DNA of 64,000 bases. Origin: Dicyema japonicum (Eukaryota; Animalia; Dicyemida). Position numbers and translations under genes: made by a program. The notes beneath the pieces are model-generated. The model did no database searches. It saw only the letters and a list, made by a program, of their open reading frames with translations, and was not told the origin of the DNA. The stretch lies in the NCBI GenBank assembly GCA_011109175.1, contig RDEW01000019.1, positions 841,823 through 905,822 on the forward strand, given 5' to 3'. Below, one piece after another: positions 51,040 to 62,870 of this stretch (the stretch's first letter is position 1; the number at the start of each line of letters is the position of its first letter).

Positions 51040-52450
51040 ACATACCTCTCTATTCCTACCCTGGTGTTCCCTGGATACAAGTCAATAAGGACTGACCGGA
51101 AGAGGAAGCTGGATGGTGGCCTACTCATTTTATACCGAAAATACCTTAAATGTGTGGAAATCACTTCAAGAATATCTTGTGAAAAATGGGAGACGACAAT
51201 GTTACTGAAGTCAATGCAGTCTCACTTGGAACAAAAAAATGGAAAAATTGCCTTTGTGAACGTCTATGTGCCTCCACATGGTTCTTGGCCGAAGCACTAC
51301 ACTATGCTCAATTTATCTACTTTGGCTTCCTTGAACGACGTGATCATTGGCGGGAATATCAACGCCAAACACCCTCTATGTCTGGCAAGTCAACTGTCCG
51401 ACTCAAGAGGAAAAGTACTACTTTCGTAGACAGGACCTTTCACGATCATGAATGACCCGTCAAAACATACGAGATCCCCTTCAGAGTCAGACCAACTAAC
51501 TTCTCCAGACATCACGCTTTGTTCTCACGGCATACCGGCAATATCGACTTGGTTAGTCACTTACAACTTAAGAAGTGACCATAATGCGATCTTTTTGAAG
51601 ATCAAGAGAGAAACGTCAACTAGGAGGAGGTCCTCAGAACAATTCAACTACGAACGCGCAGACTGGAGACTTTATCATACACTTACTGACAACTTACTGC
51701 AGTACCTGGATGGCACTACTTCCATGGACAAAGTAGTCGCTTATGTAAACCTCACTTTCTTGTATGCGAGATCATTATCTGTACCTTAACACCACCTTAA
51801 CTACACCAGGGGATATGGCAGGTCGGCATTAACTAAAGAAAGAAACGAACCCGAAAAGTCTGGTCGATTAACTACTGAGAATAAGCTTAGATTGAAGGCT
51901 TTGAACAATGAACTAAAAACAGGGAAGTAAGAGCACAAATATCAAGATGGAAGCATTTGTTCTCCTCGTTGAATAGAAATAGACCCACTAATGAAATTTG
52001 GAAGACCATCAGAGACGCTTCAAGAGAAGATGAAAGATCGTCCGAGGTGGATCACAGCCAATCCAGGTGGAGAATAGTCTGCATATGCTTGAGAAGAAAC
52101 TTGAACTGTTTCCTAATTCTTTTTATGCTGAGGATCAAGAAGACCGACGTCCACGTGCAGGAGGAGTATAATCGGCTAATTGCGAGGATCCAGAATCGAG
52201 GAAAACCAGAAACTGTCTCTTTCAACCAAAGTGCGTTTTTTACTAACTTCTTAGTGTGCTCCGATGATCTCCTACAAGGTTTATGGCTTTGTAACCCCAG
52301 AGTCTGTGCCCCGGAATATCCGCCAGGCTGACCACTTTCTTCATTTCCTCCTCCGGTTCCTCAACTATTTGAAGTACCGAATGGAGAGCGACTTTGTGAT
52401 CAAAGAGACTGCCAACGTGTTTACCAAAGATTTGAAAAAAACCGCCTTAA
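51040..52450 (+). mobile_element. APE-type LINE relic, APE and linker, runs into a gap
   Basis: FPGYKSIRTDR...GGLLI, VNVYVPP, GGNINAKHPL, SPDITLCS, SDHNAI, YERADW; related to families 1 and 3. Confidence 0.85.
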
Positions 52451-52499
52451 TTGACTCGAGACCGCTGAAGTCATCCGCTTATTTATTATCAAGATTTTG

Positions 52500-52750
52500 N
52501 NNNNNNNNNNNNNNNNNNNNNNNNNNNNNNNNNNNNNNNNNNNNNNNNNNNNNNNNNNNNNNNNNNNNNNNNNNNNNNNNNNNNNNNNNNNNNNNNNNNN
52601 NNNNNNNNNNNNNNNNNNNNNNNNNNNNNNNNNNNNNNNNNNNNNNNNNNNNNNNNNNNNNNNNNNNNNNNNNNNNNNNNNNNNNNNNNNNNNNNNNNNN
52701 NNNNNNNNNNNNNNNNNNNNNNNNNNNNNNNNNNNNNNNNNNNNNNNNNN
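52500..52750. other. Assembly gap
   Basis: Run of N. Confidence 1.
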
Positions 52751-53129
52751 CAATCCCAAGAATAGTAATTGTCACTTTGAATCCTTGTACCGTTGCCTAC
52801 CTCCATTTGTGGTTCTATACAACATCCGAAATCGATTTTCCCTTACGGGAGCCACTATGGTAGCTGGCAAGTATGAGTCTAAATCGATTTCGCCATTATT
52901 CTTGTCATTTATAGTGATTGAATCTCCGTGAAGAAAATTTACCTGAACTCCCTTTGTTGTTCATCTATCCAGTTAGGTAATTTTGTCTATTGAAGACATT
53001 CGAACGATACTTTGAAAGGTCTTCACAATGTTTTCTTCTTTTCCAGGTAGTAAAGAACCAACTGACATTGAACGCCAAAAGGGAGGTCTAGTCTTTGAAT
53101 TATGTGTTTTCCAGACATTCAAGTGGCAT

Positions 53130-54553
53130 GTCAACATATTTTGTCTTTATTTTGAAGGTGAATCGAACTCAAAGGAATAACTTAAAAGTTATATATACAT
53201 TCCGACCCAGAAGTGGTACGTCAACCTATTTTGTCTTTATTTTGAAGGTGAATCGAACTCAAAGGAATAACTTAAAAGTTATATATACAGTCCGACCCAG
53301 AAGTGGTACAAAAATTCCCAAATTTTGAAGTTTTCCCCAGAAATGAAGGTGTTAAAAAAGCGAAAAGACTTCCTTTAGAGATATCATACTTCTCAAAAAT
53401 AAATGATATTTTTTTAGACGTGAATGTATTTTCATTTTGATTTAACTTCCTGGTCATATTTTTAAATTTATAAGATATATTTAAAAATTAAGAAATTTAA
53501 AGTAACATTGCTTACAAGATTGATAAGCTTAAAAATTTTATTAATAATCAATTTATTAATATTAAGCAAATATGTCAAGGATAAAGTGAATGATCATCCA
53601 TGCCGAACTGGACGACCTCCTTGCCGGTCTGAGATCACTTAGTTAGTTGGAAACTTTCTCCTTCCCATTAACTCAGTGATCCTGGGGTAATAAAATAATT
53701 AATAAATACCAAGACGATGACCATTCCTCTCTATTTGTCTTTGGATTAATTAGTTGTGTCTGTTTGTGCTTAGCTTACCAAAGCTTGTAAGCCTGGGGTT
53801 AATTAATAGATAGCCCAACTGGTTTATCGATCTGCTGAGTGAAGCTGAGGGCCCGGCTGTCTAGAAAATAGCTAATCGATTGTTAGAGATCTATTCTCTT
53901 AGCCAATTTTTGGATATAGAAGTTTAAAATTCTTTGAAAAACTAAACAGACTTGTTTGCTGATCAGCTGTTTGAAGATCTGAGGTTGGGAATGTGTAACC
54001 TAACTATAAATTTATNTAGCCCAACTGGTTTATCGATCTGCTGAGTGAAGCTGAGGGCCTGGCTGTCTAGAAAATAGCTAATCGGAGATCTATTCTCTTA
54101 GCCAATTTTTTGGATATAGAAGTTTAAAATTCTTTGAAAAACTAAACAGACTTGTTTGCTGATCAACTGTTTGAAGATCTGAGGTTGGGAATGTGTAACC
54201 TAACTATAAATTTATCTTTTTTGTCTGGTCTCTTATAATCTCCATAAACTGAGTGATAAACTAAGAAACATCAAATATTCAAAAAAAAGTTTCGTGTTCT
54301 AGTTAGAGAGAAATTTGTACGATTCCTCAGCCTAGTTTTATATTTTGGTGTTAGGCATGTTAGATTCAGTTACTTTGAAGAATGATGCTTATAGATATTT
54401 TTAGGAAATAAATAATATAGATGGTTTGTTGAAAGCAGACCAGTCGATATTTTGGTGTTAGGCATGTTAGATTCAGTTACTTTGAAGAATGATGCTTATA
54501 GATATTTTTAGGAAATAAATAATATAGATGGTTTGTTGAAAGCAGACCAGTCG
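53130..54553. repeat. Cluster of near-exact tandem duplications: 90 bp at 53130-53309, ~205 bp across N54016, ~107 bp at 54341-54553
   Basis: Direct inspection; each pair differs at only a few positions. Confidence 0.75.
53580..53705 (+). mobile_element. Family 2 LINE 3' end with long terminal hairpin
   Basis: GATCACT (53633-53639) pairs with AGTGATC (53675-53681); inner AGTTA/TAACT pairing. Confidence 0.6.
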
Positions 54554-55403
54554 TCAACTGGACCTGGTTAATATCACAGAAAACATTACAGGATGACCTC
54601 TTGAATCCGCCAAAAACGTGGATCTTTCTACACACATCCAAAATATTATCTCTCCTTAGACTGTTGGAAGCGTTTCTGATATCCAATTAGACGAGAATAA
54701 GTCGTTGGGAATCTTACATGTATCGATTTTTTAAGTTTAAAAAACTGAATAAACACAGCATGGCAACCAATGCGTATTCGCTAGTGGTGCAGTTTGCTAG
54801 GGTGAATTAGAGAATGAATACAGTCAATTTATAAAATGGGTTAAAGTTAATTAGATCAAGTTGGTCGAGAGCAAAAAGTTGTGGACAACTTAGAGATGTT
54901 TTTTAGACAAAATTAGGTTCGTAAGTGATGCAATTGAATTTACGATACAAAATCACGGATCTTCAACTGACTGAGAAGTCAGGTTTATTCAGATGACCTA
55001 CTCCCATTCTTTCAAGATCGCCGTTACTACTAAGGCAAAATTCCGTATTACAAAATGAATTTCATCACCTGATGGAGTCTGGACATTCAGTATGCTGGAA
55101 AAATGACAGGGTGCAGATTGTGAGGAGTGGTGGGTGCTTGTTCAACATAATGTTTAGTTTTTGAAGAAAAAAGTGACTTGATAACAGCACGGGTTTTACT
55201 TTTTAATAGCTTCGAACAAGCCGTTCTTTTGAGGGAAAAAATTTCTGTACTTAGTTAAAAGACGATCTCCGAGTCTCTCGTACTTGGTTAAAAGACGTAG
55301 GGTAGTATGGAAAGTGAATTCCTTCGACAAAAGAACGTTCTTTATGGCAACAGTAAGAGACCCCTTTTGGTGAAAATCTCAGGGGAGTCCTAGAACAGAA
55401 GAA

Positions 55404-55900
55404 TCAAAACTGAGCAGACCTAGTTATGTGTCGAATTAGTCCGGAGGGCATCCTCGATAATATTGGAATGAGGAGGCCCTTTGGAAGGGCAGCTAAAGGT
55501 CGTGCGGTCTTTGGAATCCTCATAGCGAGAGTCCGTGAAAAACGTCGCTCGGAGATAAGACGTATGATTGGTTCCGAATCCTTGGTTGTAAATTGACTGG
55601 GAGATGAATTGACATTCATGGGAGTACAGGAATCCTTTAGGCNNNNNNNNNNNNNNNNNNNNNNNNNNNNNNNNNNNNNNNNNNNNNNNNNNNNNNNNNN
55701 NNNNNNNNNNNNNNNNNNNNNNNNNNNNNNNNNNNNNNNNNNNNNNNNNNNNNNNNNNNNNNNNNNNNNNNNNNNNNNNNNNNNNNNNNNNNNNNNNNNN
55801 NNNNNNNNNNNNNNNNNNNNNNNNNNNNNNNNNNNNNNNNACATACAGAACATCGAATCCTGCACTTGCGAGAATTGGATACTCTGCACCCTTTGCATGA
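55404..55900 (-). mobile_element. CRE-clade N-terminal region spanning the gap at 55643-55840
   Basis: RTLAMRIPKTARPLAA motif; a Cys-rich CKGC...CSVC stretch lies upstream. Confidence 0.55.
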
Positions 55901-56179
55901 GGTGTCTTCGTGTAGTACATCATAAAAAACAGACATGAATAGATAATAGGAGAGAGAACTGTATATATTAACGACGACAACAACGACGACATTTATTTTA
56001 AGCAAAGAACAGTCATAATTAGGGCAACCAGAAAATTGCAATTTTTATTTTGAAAATTGCAAATAAAAATTTTTTAATTGTAAAAGATTGCATTACGGAA
56101 AAATTCCGAAATTATTTTTATTTTTTTTCTGGAATTAATAAAAATCTATTAACAATAAAATATTATTTAATAACTATGG

Positions 56180-57395
56180 GGGAGAGCGGCTGCTGACATC
56201 ACGGAGTAGGCGTTTCCGCGGACAATTTGGATACCAATTCTGTGCCTCAGTCAGACCGCTTCCCGCACGTCTTTCTTGTGGTGGGCCAATTTTTCCCCGA
56301 TTTCCTTGAGGAAAGAGGCTGTAATACTTCCGGCCGCACCAGACGTCTTGATTACTACCGGTACAAAACGGTAGCGGTCTCCAATTTCGCCATATTTTTT
56401 AATCTTGATCGGCTGTTGATCCAGCAGACTGCGTCGAGCTGAGTATAATCGAGTTCGAGATAGAATCCACAACAGTGCAGTCCCATACGAGCGATTTTCC
56501 CTCAGTGAACGGAAAGATAGTTAACCCATCCATCTCCGCGGTCCAATCCCACAGGCTCCAGTACTGCCGGGAAGCCTGCCGCTTCAAGAGCTCGCATGAC
56601 AATGTTGTTCATATCAGCATGGCGGGGTGCTCTTCCCACACTCCTTTTGCACGAGAGCGGGTGCAGCCCTTTGGCATCGACGATCCCTTCACAGCGACAT
56701 TGGTGTTCGACGCAAACATCAGCTCCCAGGCGTTGTGCGATCCCAATCCGAATACAGTCATCGTCCAAACGGGTCCTCAGGGAGGAACACGGGAGTGCAT
56801 CCAGCCACGCTCCGCTCCAATGGTTGGAAATTATTTATTTATCTAATTTTATTTAGAACAACAAATAAATTAATTTAGACAATAATTAGGACGACAGAAT
56901 GGCGAAAACGTTACCTCTGATAATCGCCATTTCGAGACTCTGTCTCAACCAGAGTCCCTTTTGTGGCTCGCACCTTTTTGAGGCGAGTTTGCTTCCAATG
57001 CTGTGGAGAAAGGCGTCCGTCTTCGCGCCTACAGTTCCAGTTGTCTCCACAGCAATAAAGGCGAAATGGTAATGGTCTCCGAGGGATTCGTACTTATAAA
57101 TCTTCTTGACCTCCGCATGGTCGGCTGCGTCTCCAGGAAAGTGCGTCGCCATCAGCAATTTGGCTCCTGAGAAGGTGTCCACACACGTTGCGTCCCAGAC
57201 GAGTGATTTTCCATGGGAGTATGGGAATTACGTCATTCCATCCGGCCTCTTCCCGTCGTCTCTGTCTATGTCCAATGGTTCCAATTGGGTCGGAAATCCC
57301 TCAGCCTTGAGGGCTCGAAGAATGATGTCATTGAGGGATGCGTGGCTCGATTAGCACTTCGACGGCAAGAGAGTGGATGTAAGGGCCTCAAACTT
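56180..57395 (-). mobile_element. Two consecutive CRE-clade CCHC/REL 3' fragments (56180-56800 and 56884-57395)
   Basis: CRCEGIVDAKGLHPLSCKRSVGRAPRH; GKSLVWDCTVVD; VVIKTSG; GKSLVWDATCVDT; IAVETTG; MAIIRGN. Confidence 0.88.
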
Positions 57396-57514
57396 TCATT
57401 AAATTATATATAATTGCAATTTATTGCCCTAGTTATATTAGCTAATCGAGGGAGGATCAAGAAATACTCTTCACTCCTTTGTTTTCTTTTTCTTGGGTGT
57501 ATATCCTTTTAGTC

Positions 57515-57540
57515 CATTGTTTCTCAAACTGGGGTACGCG
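57515..57540 (+). mobile_element. Possible hAT-type TIR remnant
   Basis: CATTGTTTCTCAAACTGGGGTACGCG resembles hAT/Charlie termini; no partner seen. Confidence 0.3.
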
Positions 57541-57624
57541 GTACTTTTTGGACCGATAACCTTAATTATATAGTGACGTACCTGTATTTCACAGTTTTTT
57601 GACAATGAGAATGAAATGAAAAAT

Positions 57625-58080
57625 TACAAATACCACGGTAACACAAGACTAACTACTTACGTGATCCCGGCACACTCCAAGAGACTTCAACTTGGGATAA
57701 TGCTTCCCCTTGAGCCCGCGCAACTCGTCTTTTGAGGTAACCCAAGTCCCAGCATTGTATAGAAGAATAGGTTTTATAAGTGAGCTGTATAGCAGTATCC
57801 TTGGTTTGATGCTGATGCTTTCTGGTTTAGCTATAGATTCTTTAGTTTATGCATAGCGGCATTTTCCAAGGCTTTTTTACGTATAAGGTCTTTCCGAGTC
57901 TCACAAGGAGTTCTGTATTGGAGGATAGAATTCTGATCATTCTTAGACTTGACACATCAAGAAATTGTTCCAGTAGTTGATGCCTGTTAACTGCATCAAA
58001 GGCTCTTGATAAGTCTATCCTCACAATGTTAATCCGTCATTGTATTTTCGATTGTCGCACACCTCCATCTTTGGCTCCAG
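57625..58080 (-). mobile_element. RTE-type RT and thumb relic ending in the GGGATCACG stem-loop
   Basis: IDLSRAFDAVNR; IKPILLYNAGTW; stem 57660-57668 with 57629-57637. Confidence 0.65.
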
Positions 58081-58149
58081 ACTACGTCAACTGATGATCT
58101 CCTTTTTCGAAATTTCCTTAGCCTTTCTGCTAAGTATGTCCACGCTTTG

Positions 58150-58400
58150 GCTTGAAGAGTGACTCAGTCATCAGTAAATATTTCATTGCGGAACCGGATC
58201 GTCTATAAAGGAATCATATGAAAAAAAGAAAAAAAGAAGTGAAGAGCATTCCTGGTTCTCCGTCAACGATTAGTTATGATAACTGTTCTTCACTTAAACA
58301 AAGTGTGTGTCCAGACTGGGTGGAGCTAACATGGTCTTTCGTAAAAGTGCAGTTTTTTGCAGTTTTAAAAGAAAAGTGCAATTTGTGGAAATCATGTCAT
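58150..58400 (+). mobile_element. Headless SINE copy
   Basis: TTGCGGAACCGGATCGTCTATAAAGGA, AAGAAGTGAAGA, GATTAGTTATGATAACTGTTCTT match 22590-22700. Confidence 0.65.
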
Positions 58401-58479
58401 TTAGTAGCATTGCTATTTTGTCATGTACTGTAACAACTCTGGGTTAATATATCTGCTCATATTTTTTTGAGTCTACAAG

Positions 58480-58697
58480 AAGCCATTTTGACTTCTTTCT
58501 ATTTTCTATTTTATGTGTGTGAGTCCTTTTTTGACAATCCAGTTCCGCAGTGAGAGTCTACTGTTGACGAAGTAACTTGTCAAGCCTTTTTACCATTATA
58601 AATGCGTGGAACCTTCCACCAGGTGAACAGCAGCGAGAATCGAGCCCGTAACCTAAGTCACTTTAGTCCGACACCTAACCACTATGCTACCCGGCTA
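58480..58697 (-). mobile_element. tRNA-derived SINE with intact head
   Basis: Reverse complement TAGCATAGTGGTTAGGTGTCGGACTAAAGTGACTTAGGTTACGGGCTCGATTCTCGCTGCTGTTCACCTGGTGGAAGGTTCCACGCA matches 22452-22540. Confidence 0.8.
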
Positions 58698-58854
58698 TTG
58701 TGCGGGAATCTGAGGTCAAAACCAGAATTTTTCGCGAGAGCCATAGTTGTTACTTATTACACAAAAAAATGTTTATTGATATACATTTAACTACATTTAA
58801 CTAATAAATAAATAAACTCTTTAAATACAGAATTATAGGATTTATCTGAATTTA

Positions 58855-59360
58855 GGTTTATTTATTTAATAACCCCGAAAAGGAGTAAACCAACTAATTA
58901 AATGATCCTGGTGCACCTCAAAAAGATCGAGAGGTATTTCTTATGTTCATCCAGAGTACCCACGGCTTTCCTGTACATACGACGATTACCTTTCATTAGA
59001 TTTTGAAGAAGAGTGGGTTTTTTTTCTTAATTTACTTGTATTTGAGGCTTCTAGTCTTGAATAGAAGAAACGACTTGTTTCTTGACCACACAGACTGATG
59101 AAACCGGAGCCGTTGTTATCGATTGAGTCGTGGTCAAGCATTGGGAAGAAAAGATCGGCAGGTAGATTCGTCAGACGTACCAATTTGGCTGTTAGGGAAT
59201 TGATCTTGTACAAATTTGATATTGAAACTCCATAAGCCCATGAGGCACAAGCATACTCAACCGTCGGTTTTAAAAGTTGATTGTACAAGACGACAGCGCA
59301 TTCCCGTGACGGCCTGGACTTTAAGAACGATTTCATTATATTCAGTTTCCTGAGACCCTT
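58855..59360 (-). mobile_element. LINE thumb and 3' end relic
   Basis: LYNQLLKPTVEYACASW; CCAGGATCATTTAATTAGTTGG; A-rich tail. Confidence 0.7.
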
Positions 59361-59453
59361 TGTTAACGTAGCCAGTTTAAATAATAATAATAATTTAAAT
59401 AAATTTAAATATAAAAAAAATTAATTTTAAATAATTGAAATTTAAATTTGAGA

Positions 59454-60961
59454 ATGTCACGTGAGATGATATCAATAGGATGTGGAAATTTTAGCAATAA
59501 TATTTTTTCCCATCTCTGGGATATTCAAGTATGGTTTTCTTAATTTTCGAAAGGAAATATTTGAATCAAAATTTGTCGACAAGCTTTCCACGTGGAAATA
59601 TAAACGAAATGATATTACTCCACGATTTATTGGAATTGATAGACCAAAAGTAACTTTTTCAAGTGAAAAATGGGAAACGGAGGAAATCCCGAATCCTCTC
59701 TGGTTAATATATGATAGGAGACTTTTAGGCACAAAGTTGAAAGTATGAAGGGCACGGAATCTGAAAAAGGGATGAAAGTTCCCTATAAAGTGAGGGGAGA
59801 CACTGTAGTGGTGCTGGATGAATTTTCTGGCGATGTAGTTGAATTTTTCGTTGATAAAATTCGGCATAATTTGGAGGATTGTGATTATTTTCAGGTTTGG
59901 AGTAGTACTATAATCAAAGGGATTTTGTATCGCTGGAGATTTGACGAGTCCTTTCGGCAGTGTCACGTGCTCTGTCGTGGATAGTATTGAAGATAATTTT
60001 GGAAGAAGCTCCCATCTTTTATTCTCCCCAATCGTACTTTTACATTTAATGCGAGAATTTTAGGAAAAGGAAAGCGATGGCTTCAACTTTTGTACCTCTC
60101 TTAGTTCTCTGCAATCCCACAGCCGACTATCCGTTATTCCCCTTTCATTGTACGGAGAGATCTGGGGGACGACTGGAATGCGGATTGAGTTCCCTTATAT
60201 AAAGTCCACCGACTCTGCGGAATGGATTCTGGCGGCAGCCATCGAATCAGCAACTTTATCGTTGAGGCTTGCGGATAAATCGTCTTCCATGTTAGATCTA
60301 GTACAGCAACTCACGTGTAGTAGAAGGATTGTAATTTGTGATGTTATTTTTTTTAGTTGGCTTGTTTGGGAATTTCATTTCCTCTTGCAATTCGCAAAGG
60401 ACAGTACTTGTTCGACCTGATCCTCGAATCCCCGGATTCGTTCATAACGACCTCTCTTCTGCCTTATAGTCATATGTCGGACTTTGATGAGTCTTCTATT
60501 TTCTTTCAGCATTCCTCATTATATGGATTCCCAAGGTCGAGGCTCACAAGGTTTTGAGTTTTGTTAGTATTAGTGATTGCCATTCACATAAAATATCATC
60601 GTGCAAGGAACTTTTGGAATTAGCTTCTTTTGAGATTTCCGGAGCTTATCGATGGTGATTTGGCTTTGTCGATTGTAGGTCATCGGCCTCTGTCCCTGAT
60701 AAACTGAAGACTTCTTGCTTTCTTGACTTTTTTGACGATCGAGTCAATGAGGGTGGCGAAATATGTGATCTTTGTGAAAATCCTGTTTCTGAATGTTCCT
60801 TGATGACTACTCTCGACTGCAGTAGTCGTCCACGTGACATGCTTGATATGCTAAAAAATGAACTGGGTAATACAAATATTAGAAAAATTTACCCCAACAT
60901 CGATATGGAAAGTTATACTGAATCTCTCGAATTTTTATACGAACTTATAAATAATTACTGA
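59454..60961 (+). CDS. MSTO1: Misato/DML1 tubulin-like protein; introns 59529-59553, 59703-59728, 59895-59919, 60034-60063, 60331-60356, 60551-60573, 60655-60678 (23-30 nt)
   Basis: Removing seven micro-introns gives one open frame: MSREMISIGCGNFSNNIFSHLWDIQ...TPRFIGID...DKIRHNLEDCDYFQGFCIAGDLTSPFG...AAAIESATLSLRL. These match Misato family motifs. Confidence 0.88.
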
Positions 60962-61249
60962 TTATTTTGTTATATTTAAATATATTGTGTCTTGTTACGA
61001 ACACGGGGGGTGCTCTTTTTTCCTCCTCCACTGTCATCTCCCCTATCATAACTGGGTTCCGAATTCTCAGTCATTTCGGATCACTTTCATTGATTTAGGG
61101 AACGTCCGTTATACTTTTTAGCCACGGATATTCATCGATTGAAGTGACTGGGATTAGATAAAATAGTTATCTATGACTTTCCGTATAAAATACTGATTGA
61201 GTGGGCAGATGACTGAGCTGCTGATTATTTATTTAAAACCTAGAGGGTA

Positions 61250-61800
61250 CCAAGAATTAAAGGTTAAACTATTAATTAGGTGATCCCAGCATCCAATAGC
61301 TCCCAAACTCTTCTTGAGAAAGCTTCTTGCAGAATCAACAATAATTGTACAGTGGTAGAAGACCATTGGCTAAAACTTGATAATCCTTTTTTTGTGTCAC
61401 TGTTTAGAAAATAAATAACTTAATGAACTTTTTAAAGATCGATCCTTAAAGTAAATGATGATGGAGTTGGATATTGGAGAATTCTGGATATTTTTTTCCA
61501 AACATATATCCCAGATTTTCTACACAAGCACTGACGATTATTTTACAATCTTCAACGACAAATTTATTTTTGAAACCTCTTGAGATAAAGAAAATTTTAT
61601 TTGAACACAGATGCAGAAGAAATTGTGAAGAGGAAGTTGAATTAGTGATCTGCTTCCTATGAGTCATGGCATTTTCACGGCGACTGGTTCAAAGATGAAC
61701 TGTTTACTTGGACATTTATATTTCTACTTGACTTCTCAGCCTTTTCTAGAGCAGAGCCTTGGTTAGTCGCAATCATTGCAAGATTTGAGTAAGAGAGGCT
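61250..61800 (-). mobile_element. LINE 3' end (61250-61400) and CRE REL relic (61640-61800)
   Basis: TGGGATCACCTAATTAATAG motif; KAEKS..KYKC...FIFEPVAV. Confidence 0.45.
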
Positions 61801-62224
61801 ATCCACACAAAAAATGACTAAAAATCTGAGTTTAATGATCATTCGAATTATTGGAAAATATTAACAGAAATAATAATTTCTCTTTTGATGAACTCGAGTT
61901 CTAGAATAATTATGCTAATAACAATTCATTAAATTTTTCAAATTTCTCAATAACACTGAAAATTTTACAGTTTTCAAAAAATACTGGTAGTTTTTTAAAA
62001 TTTTGTGAAATCACATTAAATTTAAAAATCTTAGTTATGATAATTAAAAACCCAATCAACACAAAAATCAATCAATCCAAATCGACGATGAGTTACCTCT
62101 CGCGATCCCAACAGAGATCAACGGGAGAAGCCAACAAGTCTCACATGCGTCTTGGCTTTTTAGTGTCGCAATGAATCTAAGTTTATTTAGGAAACAAAGC
62201 GATTTCCCACTTATTCCTCCACTT

Positions 62225-62870
62225 GTCTCAACAATAATGAGATATAATGTGAATCGATCGCGTAACGTTTAGTATTTTTTCTCCTTTGCGTTCATTGTTT
62301 TTTTCCGCGGCATATAGTGTGTCTATTACGCTCCCGACAATGTTGGATGGGCAAAAAGGATCGACACACGTAGCATTCCAAACCAAAGGTTTTCCCTCTT
62401 CGAATGGAAAAATTGTGATTCCGTCGGCCGTTTTCCGTCTCTTCTGTTCAAGCAAACAGGTTCATGTATGGAGGGGTATCCAGCAGACTCCTGGTCTCGT
62501 TTAACAATTNACACGTAGCATTCCATACCAAAGGTTCTCCCTCTTCGAATGGAAAAATTGTGATTCCGTCGGCCGTTTTCCGTCTCTTCTGTTCAAGCAA
62601 ACAGGTTCATGTATGGAGGGGCATCTAGCAGACTCCAGGGCTCGTTTAACAATTCCGTTGATCCCCTTATATCTTGGGAATCGTCCTGCACTTCTTCGAC
62701 AAAAAAGGGCGTGATGCCCATAACAATCGACAGTACCAGCACATCGGCATTTATGAGTCTGGCAAATCTTTAGTCCAAGTCTGATGGGGATACCGGTACG
62801 GACAGTATCGTCGTTAAGGTGGGTCTCGACACTACCAACGGGGAGTGCATTGATCCAAGCGTTACTCAAT
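62225..62870 (-). mobile_element. CRE-clade CCHC/REL fragment, partly duplicated across N62510
   Basis: NAWINALP...LNDDTVR...CRCAGTVDCYGHHALFCRRSAGRFPRY; GKPLVWNATCVD. Confidence 0.85.

Noticed and set aside
43401-55992. Long ORF-track entries made of X
   Set aside because: They only span N-gaps (43493-43865, 52500-52750, 55643-55840).
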